DNA of 51,456 nt from NCBI GenBank assembly GCA_937895825.1, contig CALBKP010000025.1, positions 1-51,456 of the forward strand, given 5' to 3'. Shown here one piece after another: positions 28,283 through 38,256 of the stretch (positions are counted from its first letter, which is position 1; every line of letters begins with the position of its first letter). Source of the DNA: an uncultured Alistipes sp. GTDB lineage: Bacteria; Bacteroidota; Bacteroidia; Bacteroidales; Rikenellaceae. The translations under genes and the position numbers were made by a program. The notes beneath the pieces were generated by a model that saw only the letters and a list, made by a program, of their open reading frames with translations, was not told where the DNA came from and searched no databases.

Positions 28283-28290
28283 CAAAGGTA
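28283..28290 (-). promoter_or_regulatory. -7 element (TACCTTTG) downstream of regulator, no obvious CDS follows
   Basis: CAAAGGTA on + strand; three YTGAWWATCAR-like boxes upstream at 28356-28474. Confidence 0.55.
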
Positions 28291-28477
28291 GAGTGAAGTA
28301 GATAAGTGACCAAATTTTTATAAAAAAAAGATTTCCCCGAGCACTTTGCAACACACTAAAAATCAGAGAGTTGAAAAAATATAAATTTCAATTTTTTCTC
28401 CGCGCTGATTATCAGGCAGTTACAAGGATGATTTTTGAGACATGCGAAACAAGGCTTAATTCATTGATAATCAATGA

Positions 28478-30190
28478 TTAACCATCAATCATCGCAGAAA
28501 GTAGCATTTCTGCGTCAGCACCGCCGCACTCCTTGATTTTTGTTTTGATTCGATACTTTATTTTCGAAAGAGCCACGGGATTACTCTCAATAAAGATGCA
28601 AATAGCACGTGAAGAAAAACCAGCATAGCTATATAACGCTACTTTTAGCTCACGCTCGTTGAGCTTCGGGCACTGGCTACGAAGCTTAGACATGAGGCCA
28701 CCGCGACAGTTGTCCACAAGATCCTCAAGCTCCGCGATACGACCCTCATCGCTCTTGATCGACTCGATGGTCTGACGCACCTGCTCAAAGACCTTAGCGG
28801 CATGACGCGGCGTGTCGATATGGTCGTAGTAGGTCTCGCACAAACGGTTCAAGTCCGTAAGGCGGTCGTTATATAGGTGGTCAACAGCCTCTGCCAGAGG
28901 TGTCTCGTCATCGTTGCGCGTAAGCTGGAGCTCGTTGATGGTCTCCATGTAATACTGTATGTCACGATTCTTCTTGCGAAGGCGCGAGTATACATAACCG
29001 AACAGCCCCACAACTAAGCATGTAATAATGGCGTATATGGCAATATCGCGCTGATGCTTAAGTACCGCCTCACGCTCCTTACTCTCGATGGTGCTCTGCA
29101 ACATACCTATCTGGTAGTTCAACACGGGCTGTTCCAGAGCGTTAAGGATGGTGCTATCCTGACGCACGTTCGACCACTCGAGCCACTTGAGAGCCTCGCT
29201 ATCGTGACCAAAGGCACGATTTACGCAATACTTAGCATAGCTGATAAGCACCTCATCGCGCACCTCAACCTCTTCGGCCAGAGCAATATACTCCATCGCC
29301 TTCTGCTCATTACCACCCACCGCCTGCATTACGGCCATAAGCGAGTTATGATGCGACAAGTCGTAAATCTCAAAGCCATACTTCTTATGCATTTCGAGAA
29401 CCTCGGCACAACGATCAAACTTTCCCTGCTGCACATATAACTCACTGAGATCATATGTGATAAGCTGAATAAAGCTATTATCACCAGCCTCCAGAGCGTA
29501 GTTATACGCAAGCGTGAGGTGCTCCTCTGCCTCATCATACTTACGCTGCGCCATAGCAAAACGGCCAATGTCGTAATTGGCATAGGCGATATGCTCGGGT
29601 AAGCCTGCCTCCTCGAAGTGCTCCTTAGACTGGCGATACTCCTCATAGGCATTATTATATAGGCAACCCTCACCATAGATGTCGCCCTTGGCACGATGTA
29701 CCAAACCCGCGAGATAAGGATCGTCATCCTGCGTCAGCGACCTCTCAGCCTGCATATATGCCATCATTGCCTCGGGGAAACGCTGGGCTGCATCCATAAC
29801 AAGGCCATGATAATAGAAGGCACGCGCACGATCCTTGTACTCCTTAGAGTCGAGGTAGTAATCAACGGCGACACGAGAGAGTGAGTCGTTATCAATAGTC
29901 ACACCAGCATAGTAGCACACCTCGCTATAAGCCAAGGCATAACGCGCCCTATCGGCATCACGGCTGAATACCGAAGCGTCTACACTGCGCATAATGGCGA
30001 GAGCCTCTTCTGGATTTTCGTGCGACAGTTCCTGAGCACGCAGAACACGTAGCATCTCGGAAGAGTCGTGAGAGCAGGCCTTAAAGACAACAACAGATAG
30101 TGCCAACAACATGACAAACCCGCACATCCGAACATAGCGAGATAAGCGATTAGATCGCCCAGTTGTGATATTTGTTGTGTCTCTTTTCAC
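28478..30190 (-). CDS. TPR-TM-HTH (LuxR-like) membrane-spanning transcriptional regulator
   Basis: N-terminal signal, TPRs (ARAFYYHG), TM IAIYAIITCLVVGLFGYVY, C-terminal GFSSRAICIF...SKIKYRIKTKI; true start may be ATG 30127 given promoter at 30195-30202. Confidence 0.85.
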   Translation of the reverse strand: MKRDTTNITTGRSNRLSRYVRMCGFVMLLALSVVVFKACSHDSSEMLRVLRAQELSHENPEEALAIMRSVDASVFSRDADRARYALAYSEVCYYAGVTIDNDSLSRVAVDYYLDSKEYKDRARAFYYHGLVMDAAQRFPEAMMAYMQAERSLTQDDDPYLAGLVHRAKGDIYGEGCLYNNAYEEYRQSKEHFEEAGLPEHIAYANYDIGRFAMAQRKYDEAEEHLTLAYNYALEAGDNSFIQLITYDLSELYVQQGKFDRCAEVLEMHKKYGFEIYDLSHHNSLMAVMQAVGGNEQKAMEYIALAEEVEVRDEVLISYAKYCVNRAFGHDSEALKWLEWSNVRQDSTILNALEQPVLNYQIGMLQSTIESKEREAVLKHQRDIAIYAIITCLVVGLFGYVYSRLRKKNRDIQYYMETINELQLTRNDDETPLAEAVDHLYNDRLTDLNRLCETYYDHIDTPRHAAKVFEQVRQTIESIKSDEGRIAELEDLVDNCRGGLMSKLRSQCPKLNERELKVALYSYAGFSSRAICIFIESNPVALSKIKYRIKTKIKECGGADAEMLLSAMIDG

Positions 30191-30322
30191 GATACAAAGT
30201 TACAAAAATTTAGCAATCAAGATGTCTAAATCACAAAATAAAGTTGTTATATTTCAACAAACCAAGCTAAATCCACCATATATTCTACCCTTATTAAACG
30301 GTGGCTATGCATAAGCGGGTAA

Positions 30323-30374
30323 CAAAAAGCGGCAGAGTGGGGACATACCTAAACATTACCATCACCACTCTGCC
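30323..30374 (-). terminator. Probable terminator ending the large minus-strand cluster
   Basis: GGCAGAGTGG/CCACTCTGCC stem followed by GCTTTTTG on the minus strand. Confidence 0.65.
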
Positions 30375-30394
30375 ACCTATAACAAGATACCTTT

Positions 30395-33300
30395 CTACTG
30401 ACGCTTTATAGCCTGAGTAAACTTAGTTATGGAGTTACCAAACTCATCAATGGTTATGGCCTTCATCTGGTCAGAACGCGCCGACACTGAGCCGTGAGTG
30501 AAGAGTTTCTCGCCACGCTTGTAGACAATCGAGCTACAAGATATGGGGAATACCGTCTCACCAGTGCATGTGAAGATACCATACTTTTCATCCTGCTTGA
30601 CGACGATATAGCCATCAGGGAAGATCTCTACAACGTCGTAGCGAATAGGAAGTATGTTCTTACCATCGGTACCGATAACACCCCACTTACTGCCAATCGA
30701 CACGCGTGCGATCTTAAACTCTGAGCTGAAGGTCTGCACCGCCTGATACTTAGCAGGTATCTTCAACGAGCCATTTCCACTAACGAAGCCATACGAACCC
30801 TTGTCCTTATCTTTTGCTGGAGCCAAGCCACAGACGTACAGGCCACCCTCGGCATAGTTCGATGGGACAACCCACTCTCCCGTCTTAGAGATATAACCTA
30901 CATTGCCACTAACCATAGCCCAGGCAAGGCCTTCGGAGAAATCACCAACATCGTCGGCAAAAGGCTCGATAAGAATCTCGCCACGAGCATCAATGAAACC
31001 ATACTTGTCGCCCAATCTAAATGCTGCAACGCCATTAGCAAACTCGCGGATCTCGTCGTAAGCCAACGGAACTACCATATTGCCATTCTTATCGTAGCAG
31101 CCATAAAGTCCATCCTTCGATACAATGATCATATCCTCATGCATCAAGCCAACATAATCATAATCAGCAGGAACAATAACACGACCGTCGACATCGTAGA
31201 CGCACGAACGATTATTGAGCGTTGCACGAACAAAATCCTTATTGGCAAGCTCCTTGACCTCGTCGTACTTCGTATCAACCACCATCTGGCCATTGCGGTT
31301 TACTGCGCCATACTTCGTGAGGTGACGGACAATCAAGATATTACCAGTGAAGGCTCCAAACTCCCAGCCATACGAGGTACACATACCTTCGCTATCCAAG
31401 ATCGGAGACTGAACCCAGCGGCCATCCATATCCGTAAGGCCACAGCCACCAAGCTGAGCACCACCCCAATCTTCCCAAACGCAATGCAGATTGATGCCGA
31501 TGTCATCATTCATGTCGGCCATCACCTTGAAGGGGTAGTAATCGCGACCATCACCATCACCCTTGACAGGGGCTGTTCGTGTATAGAGTATATAGCCCGA
31601 ACACTTCATATTCGAGAAGTAGGCATTAGCCCCCTCGCCCATATACTCGTCAACCCTGAGGCCACCCTTGGTAAGCTGAAGCACGAGAGGCTTCTCGGTA
31701 CCACTATCCAACTTCGAACCACAGAGGTATACGTAGTTCTCGGTCTCCTCGATATCGTAGAACTTCTCGTTCGAGGCGGGACGGAACTCCCAGTCGATCA
31801 TACCATCTTTATCGTACCTCTTCAACGGAGTCTTCACATCGGCCAGTAGCGTCGACGATGAGCCCACATAGAAGGCACCAGAGGTTGTTCCTATCAGTCG
31901 ATATCCCGAGCCTTTAGCCAACTGCACAAACTGGTTTGCCGACAACGTGCGTGTGTTGAGCACAATGATAGCATGTGTCTCATTATCGGACTTCGAATCT
32001 CCCATAAAGAACTTGATGTTTGCCAAGTCCGAAGCCAACATGTTGGGGTCGGTCTCGAAGAGCGATGTGCCCACCTCGGATGCCGAGCGCACAAAGGCCA
32101 AGTGTATGACTGCAAGGCCATTGGGCAAGCTAAGATACTCCACAGGATAGAATCCATTGCCCACCTTAACCTTATCCTTTGCAAAGATATCCTTGATGGC
32201 AAAGAGACGATCGTTGACGCTGATGAAATACTCGTTCTCGAAGTTATCGTAGAGGAACGCAATGTTGTCCTCCGTTCGCTTCGATGTGTAGTACGGCCTA
32301 AACGAACGGCCTCTGACCGTGACGTAACCGTCCGAAGTCTTGGTAAATGTGCCACGGTTTGTGATGCCATACTTCTGCGTCTCGCTGGCAGCAAATCTAA
32401 GAGGAATACCCTTAGGCATCTCGCTATCCATCGAGGCGAGAACATCATTGAAATTGTGCTTCACCATGAGATTCAACGCCACGCGCGAATCCTCGATCAT
32501 ATCCTCGAGGTTCGATATATTCTCCTCGATGATGGCCTCCTTCGACCACTTGGGGATATCGGTGGTCGTTGCATACTGCTCGGGCTTATAGGCCTGGTAC
32601 AAGCCGGGGCAATATCTGAAGTTTACGGCACCGTAGGCATTACCTGCAAAGAACTCATAGCCGTCGTATATCCTAAAGAGCGACTCCGTGAGCACAGGAC
32701 GCTCCGCAAGCACCGGTGCCATTATTCGATCTAACTCGAGGGTCAAAGCACCATACTTATCACCCCTGCGAGTGACAAAGTAGAGCCCCGAAGCATCGAG
32801 CTCGATACTATCGTAGTAGCACGGCACAACATAGTCGCCGAACGATGTGACAACACCCACCTTGGTGCCCTGCTGCGCGAGGTAGACAACAGAACTGAGC
32901 TCCTTGCCCGCCTTGAAAGGCACTAACGGTTTATCCCACTTATGCGCCAAGATCTCGCTGCCATCCCTCACAACGCCCCACTTGTCATCCTTCAGAAACA
33001 TCTCGACGGGTGAGCCATCATTAAGTGACTTTACATCGTCGAACTGCGGGGGAAGTATCGGATTACCAAGACCGTCGAGCGTTCCATACTTACCTGCCGA
33101 CTTAACTAAATAGCCATAATCCCTACGCTCTATTCCCTGATAGCTCTGTACAACACGACTTTTACCCATATTGTCTATGAGGCCATATATATTGTTCAAC
33201 GCAACAATGGCCACACTATCAGCTGAGAACTCCGAGATATAGTCATACTTCGGCGTGCAGATATAGAGTCCATTAGAACCGATAACACCCCACTTATCCT

Positions 33301-33550
33301 CGGCCAAAACACGGGCTAAGTTGCCCTCGAAGTCGTAGGCCGCGGTAAACACGGGTTTAATAATATACTCGTCCTCGCTATTGGCATAACCCCACAATCC
33401 CTTCTTATGCTGCAAGGGGTGGATCTCCTCACTGAGTTTCTTACCCTTAATCTCTCGCATCTTTGGGACATCACTCTCCTGCGCACTAACGCAGGTTAGT
33501 CCGCCCAACACACATGCTATGAGGAGAAGTATATCTTTCGCTGTTCTCAT
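30395..33550 (-). CDS. Large exported WG-repeat protein
   Basis: Signal VSA|Q; many KWG/KYG...P.YD...FSEGLA repeats at both ends around a distinct central domain. Confidence 0.88.
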   Translation of the reverse strand: MRTAKDILLLIACVLGGLTCVSAQESDVPKMREIKGKKLSEEIHPLQHKKGLWGYANSEDEYIIKPVFTAAYDFEGNLARVLAEDKWGVIGSNGLYICTPKYDYISEFSADSVAIVALNNIYGLIDNMGKSRVVQSYQGIERRDYGYLVKSAGKYGTLDGLGNPILPPQFDDVKSLNDGSPVEMFLKDDKWGVVRDGSEILAHKWDKPLVPFKAGKELSSVVYLAQQGTKVGVVTSFGDYVVPCYYDSIELDASGLYFVTRRGDKYGALTLELDRIMAPVLAERPVLTESLFRIYDGYEFFAGNAYGAVNFRYCPGLYQAYKPEQYATTTDIPKWSKEAIIEENISNLEDMIEDSRVALNLMVKHNFNDVLASMDSEMPKGIPLRFAASETQKYGITNRGTFTKTSDGYVTVRGRSFRPYYTSKRTEDNIAFLYDNFENEYFISVNDRLFAIKDIFAKDKVKVGNGFYPVEYLSLPNGLAVIHLAFVRSASEVGTSLFETDPNMLASDLANIKFFMGDSKSDNETHAIIVLNTRTLSANQFVQLAKGSGYRLIGTTSGAFYVGSSSTLLADVKTPLKRYDKDGMIDWEFRPASNEKFYDIEETENYVYLCGSKLDSGTEKPLVLQLTKGGLRVDEYMGEGANAYFSNMKCSGYILYTRTAPVKGDGDGRDYYPFKVMADMNDDIGINLHCVWEDWGGAQLGGCGLTDMDGRWVQSPILDSEGMCTSYGWEFGAFTGNILIVRHLTKYGAVNRNGQMVVDTKYDEVKELANKDFVRATLNNRSCVYDVDGRVIVPADYDYVGLMHEDMIIVSKDGLYGCYDKNGNMVVPLAYDEIREFANGVAAFRLGDKYGFIDARGEILIEPFADDVGDFSEGLAWAMVSGNVGYISKTGEWVVPSNYAEGGLYVCGLAPAKDKDKGSYGFVSGNGSLKIPAKYQAVQTFSSEFKIARVSIGSKWGVIGTDGKNILPIRYDVVEIFPDGYIVVKQDEKYGIFTCTGETVFPISCSSIVYKRGEKLFTHGSVSARSDQMKAITIDEFGNSITKFTQAIKRQ

Positions 33551-33560
33551 CGGTTAAATA

Positions 33561-35756
33561 TTATTCAATTACCTCGCCACCATTGTCATCCTCAGGCTCT
33601 TTCTCGGGATCCTGACTACGATCCTGAGTAACTTTGATCTCGTGCTTATTATTGTAATTATCTGTCACGGTGATAATGCCCTCTCGCACAGCAGGAGTCT
33701 CATTCTTAGCAACAGTAACAGTCACGATATCGCCACTAATTTCAGTAGAAATCCAATCGGCACTACCTGTTGATACTGAATAACTATCCGAACACTCTAC
33801 CTTAATAGTACGGACATCACCATCAGCTGTTACTATCATCTGACGCAAGCTATCTACTTTGAATCTATACCCATTTTGATTAATCTCAATGATTCTAGTA
33901 TATGTATGCTCTGCCAGACCATGCACTGCGTTATTATCAGCATGCACTTTGCTAACAATCTTAACAGTTGCATCGCGCTCCTTAATCTCAATATCTTTAT
34001 TTGTTTGATTCTCGAAATCTGTATTAGGATCAATAATTGTCAATTCAATCGTGTACTCATTTTCCTTACTGCCAGGTGTCACCTCTGCCTCAAGCCAGCT
34101 ATCACTTGCAACAACTTTTAACTCTCCGTAACTATTAAACTTGACAGAAGCTGTTTCTTCATCAACCGCAAGAGTTTGCTTAGCATCATTAACATCTGCA
34201 AACGCAAACAAGAAAGCCTCCTGCTTTAATTTGACATTCATATCAGTAAACTCTATAACCTCATGAACTCCGCTGGGGTCCTCCAATGTAGCAGAGATAG
34301 TAAGCTCACCTGTCAACTCAGATGATAGGCTATAATTGATACCAGAAGTCTGAATCTCAAACTCTGCGTTACCGTCATTCTTTTGATTCAAGGCCACACC
34401 ATTACAAACAAAGCCATTGCCCTCCTTCGATACGCTCCAAGTCAAGCCATCATTATTCTCAACCTTAAACTTTTTCGTATTATAAGCCTCATTACCAAAG
34501 AACAACACCAAGGGAACCTCACCCCAATCATCATTTCCCATGTCATACTGCACCGTGAAGTTAAAAGGATCCTGAATAATTGTGAATGGCTGAACGCTCT
34601 CTGTTGTATCATTATCAGTAAGAGAGCATGACATATTTCTCTTCTGAGAAAGCACTGTATTAGGTGTTATAACCTCGGCAATATACTTCTGAGCATAAAT
34701 AATTCTGCCATCAAACGTGTCAACCGTAAATGGTTCATCCTCGGCAGATAAGGTTGCGTCATTAGTATAGCCCGAGTCTGTATTAACCGACATATTTGGA
34801 GCATTACGATCTCCTGTCATGTCGTAGATACAATAGAACTCGGCTTGAGCTGCCGATTTTTCGCCATCATCAAGATAGCTGGTACCATAAGGACTCAAAG
34901 GATTAGTCGCGTTGATATGAGGCAACTCTAACCAATTGTCCTTGTTTGGCTCATTAGCCACAAGTAACATCACGCGATAATCCTGGACAACGGAGTAATC
35001 CCATGTGTCAACCACTTCCTTAACTATATCTTCGTCTGCATTAAGTGATCTTGAACAAGGGCTAATCGATAACGTTGCGTTCTTTGTCTCTGTGGAATAA
35101 TTATAACCATCTTTAGGCTCAAGCGTCAATGTTTGATCACCAAAGTATGTAGTAGACTGATTAACCTTAGCATCATTAACCTTTAAAGTAAAACTGTTTT
35201 CACGATCATCAAGACTTACCTTCCAGTCGATATTTGACTCGATGATAATATCCTTGTTAGTGTCAGCATAATCGAGATTAAAAGTATTATTGACATCATG
35301 TCCATTAACCTTCAAATAGGGTAACGACTGAGAGATCTTACTGGTTGACAATAGATCGCCATTATCAGCATCGCAAAATTGCAACTGTAACCAACGCTCC
35401 TCGCCTTTTTCATTGCTTACCTTACCATCAGCATTGAGATACTCATTCACTGCTACTGTGAAAGTGGTGGTTCCGGCAGAGCCTATCCACTTAATTGTAC
35501 TCTCCTTTGTATCCAGGATTTCATTTAGAGTCGTATTGTCACTGCAAGTATATGTCAAATCCCAGTCTACAGCCGATGTAAACGATATAGTAACACTACC
35601 GCCCATAGGGTGAATCTCCATATCACCCAATGGCTGATGCGTAATCTGATCTTTGCCGCCATTTTGTAAATGCTCTTGCACGTCGCTCTCGCAAGCAACA
35701 AATGTTAAGCCCAGTGCAACACAAGCTAACGTAATGATATATTTCATCGTCTTCAT
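33561..35756 (-). CDS. Acidic lipoprotein with BACON/Ig-like domains
   Basis: Lipobox FVAC; W-centred BACON pattern (DWIS...VAKNET...REGIITV...VTQ); start at 35756 or 35747. Confidence 0.8.
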   Translation of the reverse strand: MKTMKYIITLACVALGLTFVACESDVQEHLQNGGKDQITHQPLGDMEIHPMGGSVTISFTSAVDWDLTYTCSDNTTLNEILDTKESTIKWIGSAGTTTFTVAVNEYLNADGKVSNEKGEERWLQLQFCDADNGDLLSTSKISQSLPYLKVNGHDVNNTFNLDYADTNKDIIIESNIDWKVSLDDRENSFTLKVNDAKVNQSTTYFGDQTLTLEPKDGYNYSTETKNATLSISPCSRSLNADEDIVKEVVDTWDYSVVQDYRVMLLVANEPNKDNWLELPHINATNPLSPYGTSYLDDGEKSAAQAEFYCIYDMTGDRNAPNMSVNTDSGYTNDATLSAEDEPFTVDTFDGRIIYAQKYIAEVITPNTVLSQKRNMSCSLTDNDTTESVQPFTIIQDPFNFTVQYDMGNDDWGEVPLVLFFGNEAYNTKKFKVENNDGLTWSVSKEGNGFVCNGVALNQKNDGNAEFEIQTSGINYSLSSELTGELTISATLEDPSGVHEVIEFTDMNVKLKQEAFLFAFADVNDAKQTLAVDEETASVKFNSYGELKVVASDSWLEAEVTPGSKENEYTIELTIIDPNTDFENQTNKDIEIKERDATVKIVSKVHADNNAVHGLAEHTYTRIIEINQNGYRFKVDSLRQMIVTADGDVRTIKVECSDSYSVSTGSADWISTEISGDIVTVTVAKNETPAVREGIITVTDNYNNKHEIKVTQDRSQDPEKEPEDDNGGEVIE

Positions 35757-35769
35757 ATCTCTAAATAGT

Positions 35770-37353
35770 TTACTGTCTGTCATAAATCAAATCACCCGGA
35801 GTGGCCTTCAAAAGCTTACGCATAACAGCCGCAACGGTAAAGATTGACACAAAAATTATAATAACAATCGAATAGATAGTTTTCATGCTCCACAATGACA
35901 AGTAGTCAAACATGCCATCCTTGAGTATGCCGCAAACGTGCAAGCCACCCTGAATAAGCCATGTCACCGATACCGAAATGATAACGGCCGAGAGGATGAT
36001 GGCAGCAAGGATCAGTACATATACCAAGATAAGATCCTGGTTGCTGATGCCAAAGGCCTTGAATGTTCCTAAGTTGCGCTTAACCTTCTGGAAGTATGAC
36101 TGCAACAGGTTGACGATAAACAGCACGATACATATAATCGCGAAGATAATAATCACCCACGATAGGATGTTACCCATCATACTAACAGCGTTGAAGTTCT
36201 GCTTGGCATTGATCTGCGACATCTCAATCTTGATTTCGAAGTTATCGTTAGCATACTTCTCAAACTCAGCGAGCTTATCAAGATCCTTGAAGTGTACAGA
36301 GATGAATGCCTGGTATGTTGTGGGGCAATCTCGGAACTCGTAGTCGAAGATACGATGTACATCCGAATCGGCATACTCGGCCAAAACTGCGCGGTTGACA
36401 TCACCCAATGTCTGATAGTCGAGAGTCTCGGCATAGCAGTGCATAACCACCAAGTTTCCATTGCGGAACGAGGTGAGCTCAGGGGCGTAGAAGCTCATAG
36501 TATCGGCCTCAAACTCTGCCGTGGTATATTTCTTTGCTAACTCGTTAACCTTGGTCTGAAACTCCGATACCGATATGCCAGCTGGCACGAAATAGCGTAG
36601 ATCTTGTGCATACACATCCTTACAAAGGTCAAAAGGATGTGTGACATCATTATTAAGCTGATCGTATAAATAAGCGCCTGCTACCATGTCAACACCACCA
36701 GGTAGTCGCTTAACAATACCGAGTACGGGGAGTGGGGCTGGAACAAATTGCTCGCCATCAAGATCAAGGCCGTACTCCATGGCATCCCAACAACTACCTC
36801 GCTGGTAATATACATATGCTGGGGCACTACTGTAACCAAGACGCAACATCATCTCCTCGGTTAAAATCACGCCGATGGAATTCTGGTCTATATCAGCAAC
36901 GTTCTCAACACTCCAGTTGTTCACCACGTTACTCGGGTCAAGGATTGCCTGAACGAGTGCCGTGTTAAGATTCTCGAAACAACGACACTTAGCAAAGAAC
37001 TTGTCATCGAGGCTCTTCTTGTAGAACATTCGTGTAAAGTATCTGTCCGACTGGAAGTTATAATAATGGAAGGTCTCCTTATTTGCTTCGTTAACCAAAT
37101 CTGCCTCAAACGCTGCGTAGTTACCCTTGCCACTATGGTCATTCTCAATATCCACCCAGTTAATAAACGGGTCGTTCATCTTATACGACAAATAGTTTAG
37201 GCTGGCATTACTAAATGCCACGGCCAAAAATGCAGCCGTAAGCACTGCGGTAAGCAACCACAAGTTTGAGAATTTGTTGCCCAGCACAACCCTACTCTCG
37301 CGCTTAACGAAGAGGTGGAAGTAGTCGTTTTTCAATGCCTTAAATATCTTCAT
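35770..37353 (-). CDS. FtsX/MacB-type ABC permease
   Basis: One N-terminal TM, large periplasmic domain, RNLGTFKAFG, three C-terminal TM, TPGDLIY. Confidence 0.85.
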   Translation of the reverse strand: MKIFKALKNDYFHLFVKRESRVVLGNKFSNLWLLTAVLTAAFLAVAFSNASLNYLSYKMNDPFINWVDIENDHSGKGNYAAFEADLVNEANKETFHYYNFQSDRYFTRMFYKKSLDDKFFAKCRCFENLNTALVQAILDPSNVVNNWSVENVADIDQNSIGVILTEEMMLRLGYSSAPAYVYYQRGSCWDAMEYGLDLDGEQFVPAPLPVLGIVKRLPGGVDMVAGAYLYDQLNNDVTHPFDLCKDVYAQDLRYFVPAGISVSEFQTKVNELAKKYTTAEFEADTMSFYAPELTSFRNGNLVVMHCYAETLDYQTLGDVNRAVLAEYADSDVHRIFDYEFRDCPTTYQAFISVHFKDLDKLAEFEKYANDNFEIKIEMSQINAKQNFNAVSMMGNILSWVIIIFAIICIVLFIVNLLQSYFQKVKRNLGTFKAFGISNQDLILVYVLILAAIILSAVIISVSVTWLIQGGLHVCGILKDGMFDYLSLWSMKTIYSIVIIIFVSIFTVAAVMRKLLKATPGDLIYDRQ

Positions 37354-37360
37354 AGCAACA

Positions 37361-38233
37361 TTAGATTTTCCTCAAGAATTGTTCAAATTTGTCAGACTCG
37401 TAGCTCTCCTTGCCATTGCTCCACGTGCTCTTATCGGCCGACGGCATAAAGACGCACTCCTTGTCGATAACGCCATAGTACGACACCTCGTCCATAGCAT
37501 GGCTCAGGCGACGCTCCTCCTTGCGTATCTTGATAATCATATCGGCGAACTTCACCGAGAGGTGCATATCGTGCGACACGATAATTGCCGAGCTGCCGTC
37601 AAGCTGATTTAACTTAGCCGAGAGGAGCTCCATGGCCTTAATAGCATTATCGCTATCGAGATTACCCGTAGGCTCATCGCCAAACAACACCGTAAAGTCA
37701 GGGATGATGGCGCGTGCAAAGGCCAAGCGTTGCTGCTGACCACCCGAAAGCTCCTGTGCCATTCTATCCTCCGCAATATGGCTCAGGCCAAGATCGGCCA
37801 ACACCGCGGCCGTCTTGGCAAAAGCCTCCTCCTTCGAATAGCCCTGGATCATACGCGTAAGCGCAATGTTCTCATAGGCCGTAAAGTTACGCATCAGATT
37901 GGTGCTCTGGAAGATAAAGTTGAAGTGGTTCAAGCGGAACTGCGACAGCTCCTCATCGCTGTTGCTTCGCCACAGCGACATAAGATCTCGCTCACCACCA
38001 TCCTTATCGAAGAACACAAACTGCGTCTTATCGTTCGGAACGATAGTGTTGTTCATAAGACCCAACACCTCCAATATTGTACTCTTACCAATACCCGACT
38101 CACCGACGATAAATATCTTTTTACCTCTCGGCACAACAAGGTTTTGAATCTCTAAGACCACCTTAGAGACACCCTCACGATAGTTCTTATCGTAAGAGCA
38201 TCGCAAATTGCTTATCTCAAATAGCTTATCCAT
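37361..38233 (-). CDS. ABC ATP-binding protein (LolD/MacB-like)
   Basis: GESGIGKST, FIFQ, LSGGQQQR, DEPTG, VSHD. Confidence 0.95.
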   Translation of the reverse strand: MDKLFEISNLRCSYDKNYREGVSKVVLEIQNLVVPRGKKIFIVGESGIGKSTILEVLGLMNNTIVPNDKTQFVFFDKDGGERDLMSLWRSNSDEELSQFRLNHFNFIFQSTNLMRNFTAYENIALTRMIQGYSKEEAFAKTAAVLADLGLSHIAEDRMAQELSGGQQQRLAFARAIIPDFTVLFGDEPTGNLDSDNAIKAMELLSAKLNQLDGSSAIIVSHDMHLSVKFADMIIKIRKEERRLSHAMDEVSYYGVIDKECVFMPSADKSTWSNGKESYESDKFEQFLRKI

Positions 38234-38256
38234 TGCGCAACAATTTGTACACTACA

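Noticed and set aside
31139..32734. 236- and 253-aa plus-strand ORFs
   Set aside because: Antisense shadows of the WG-repeat gene
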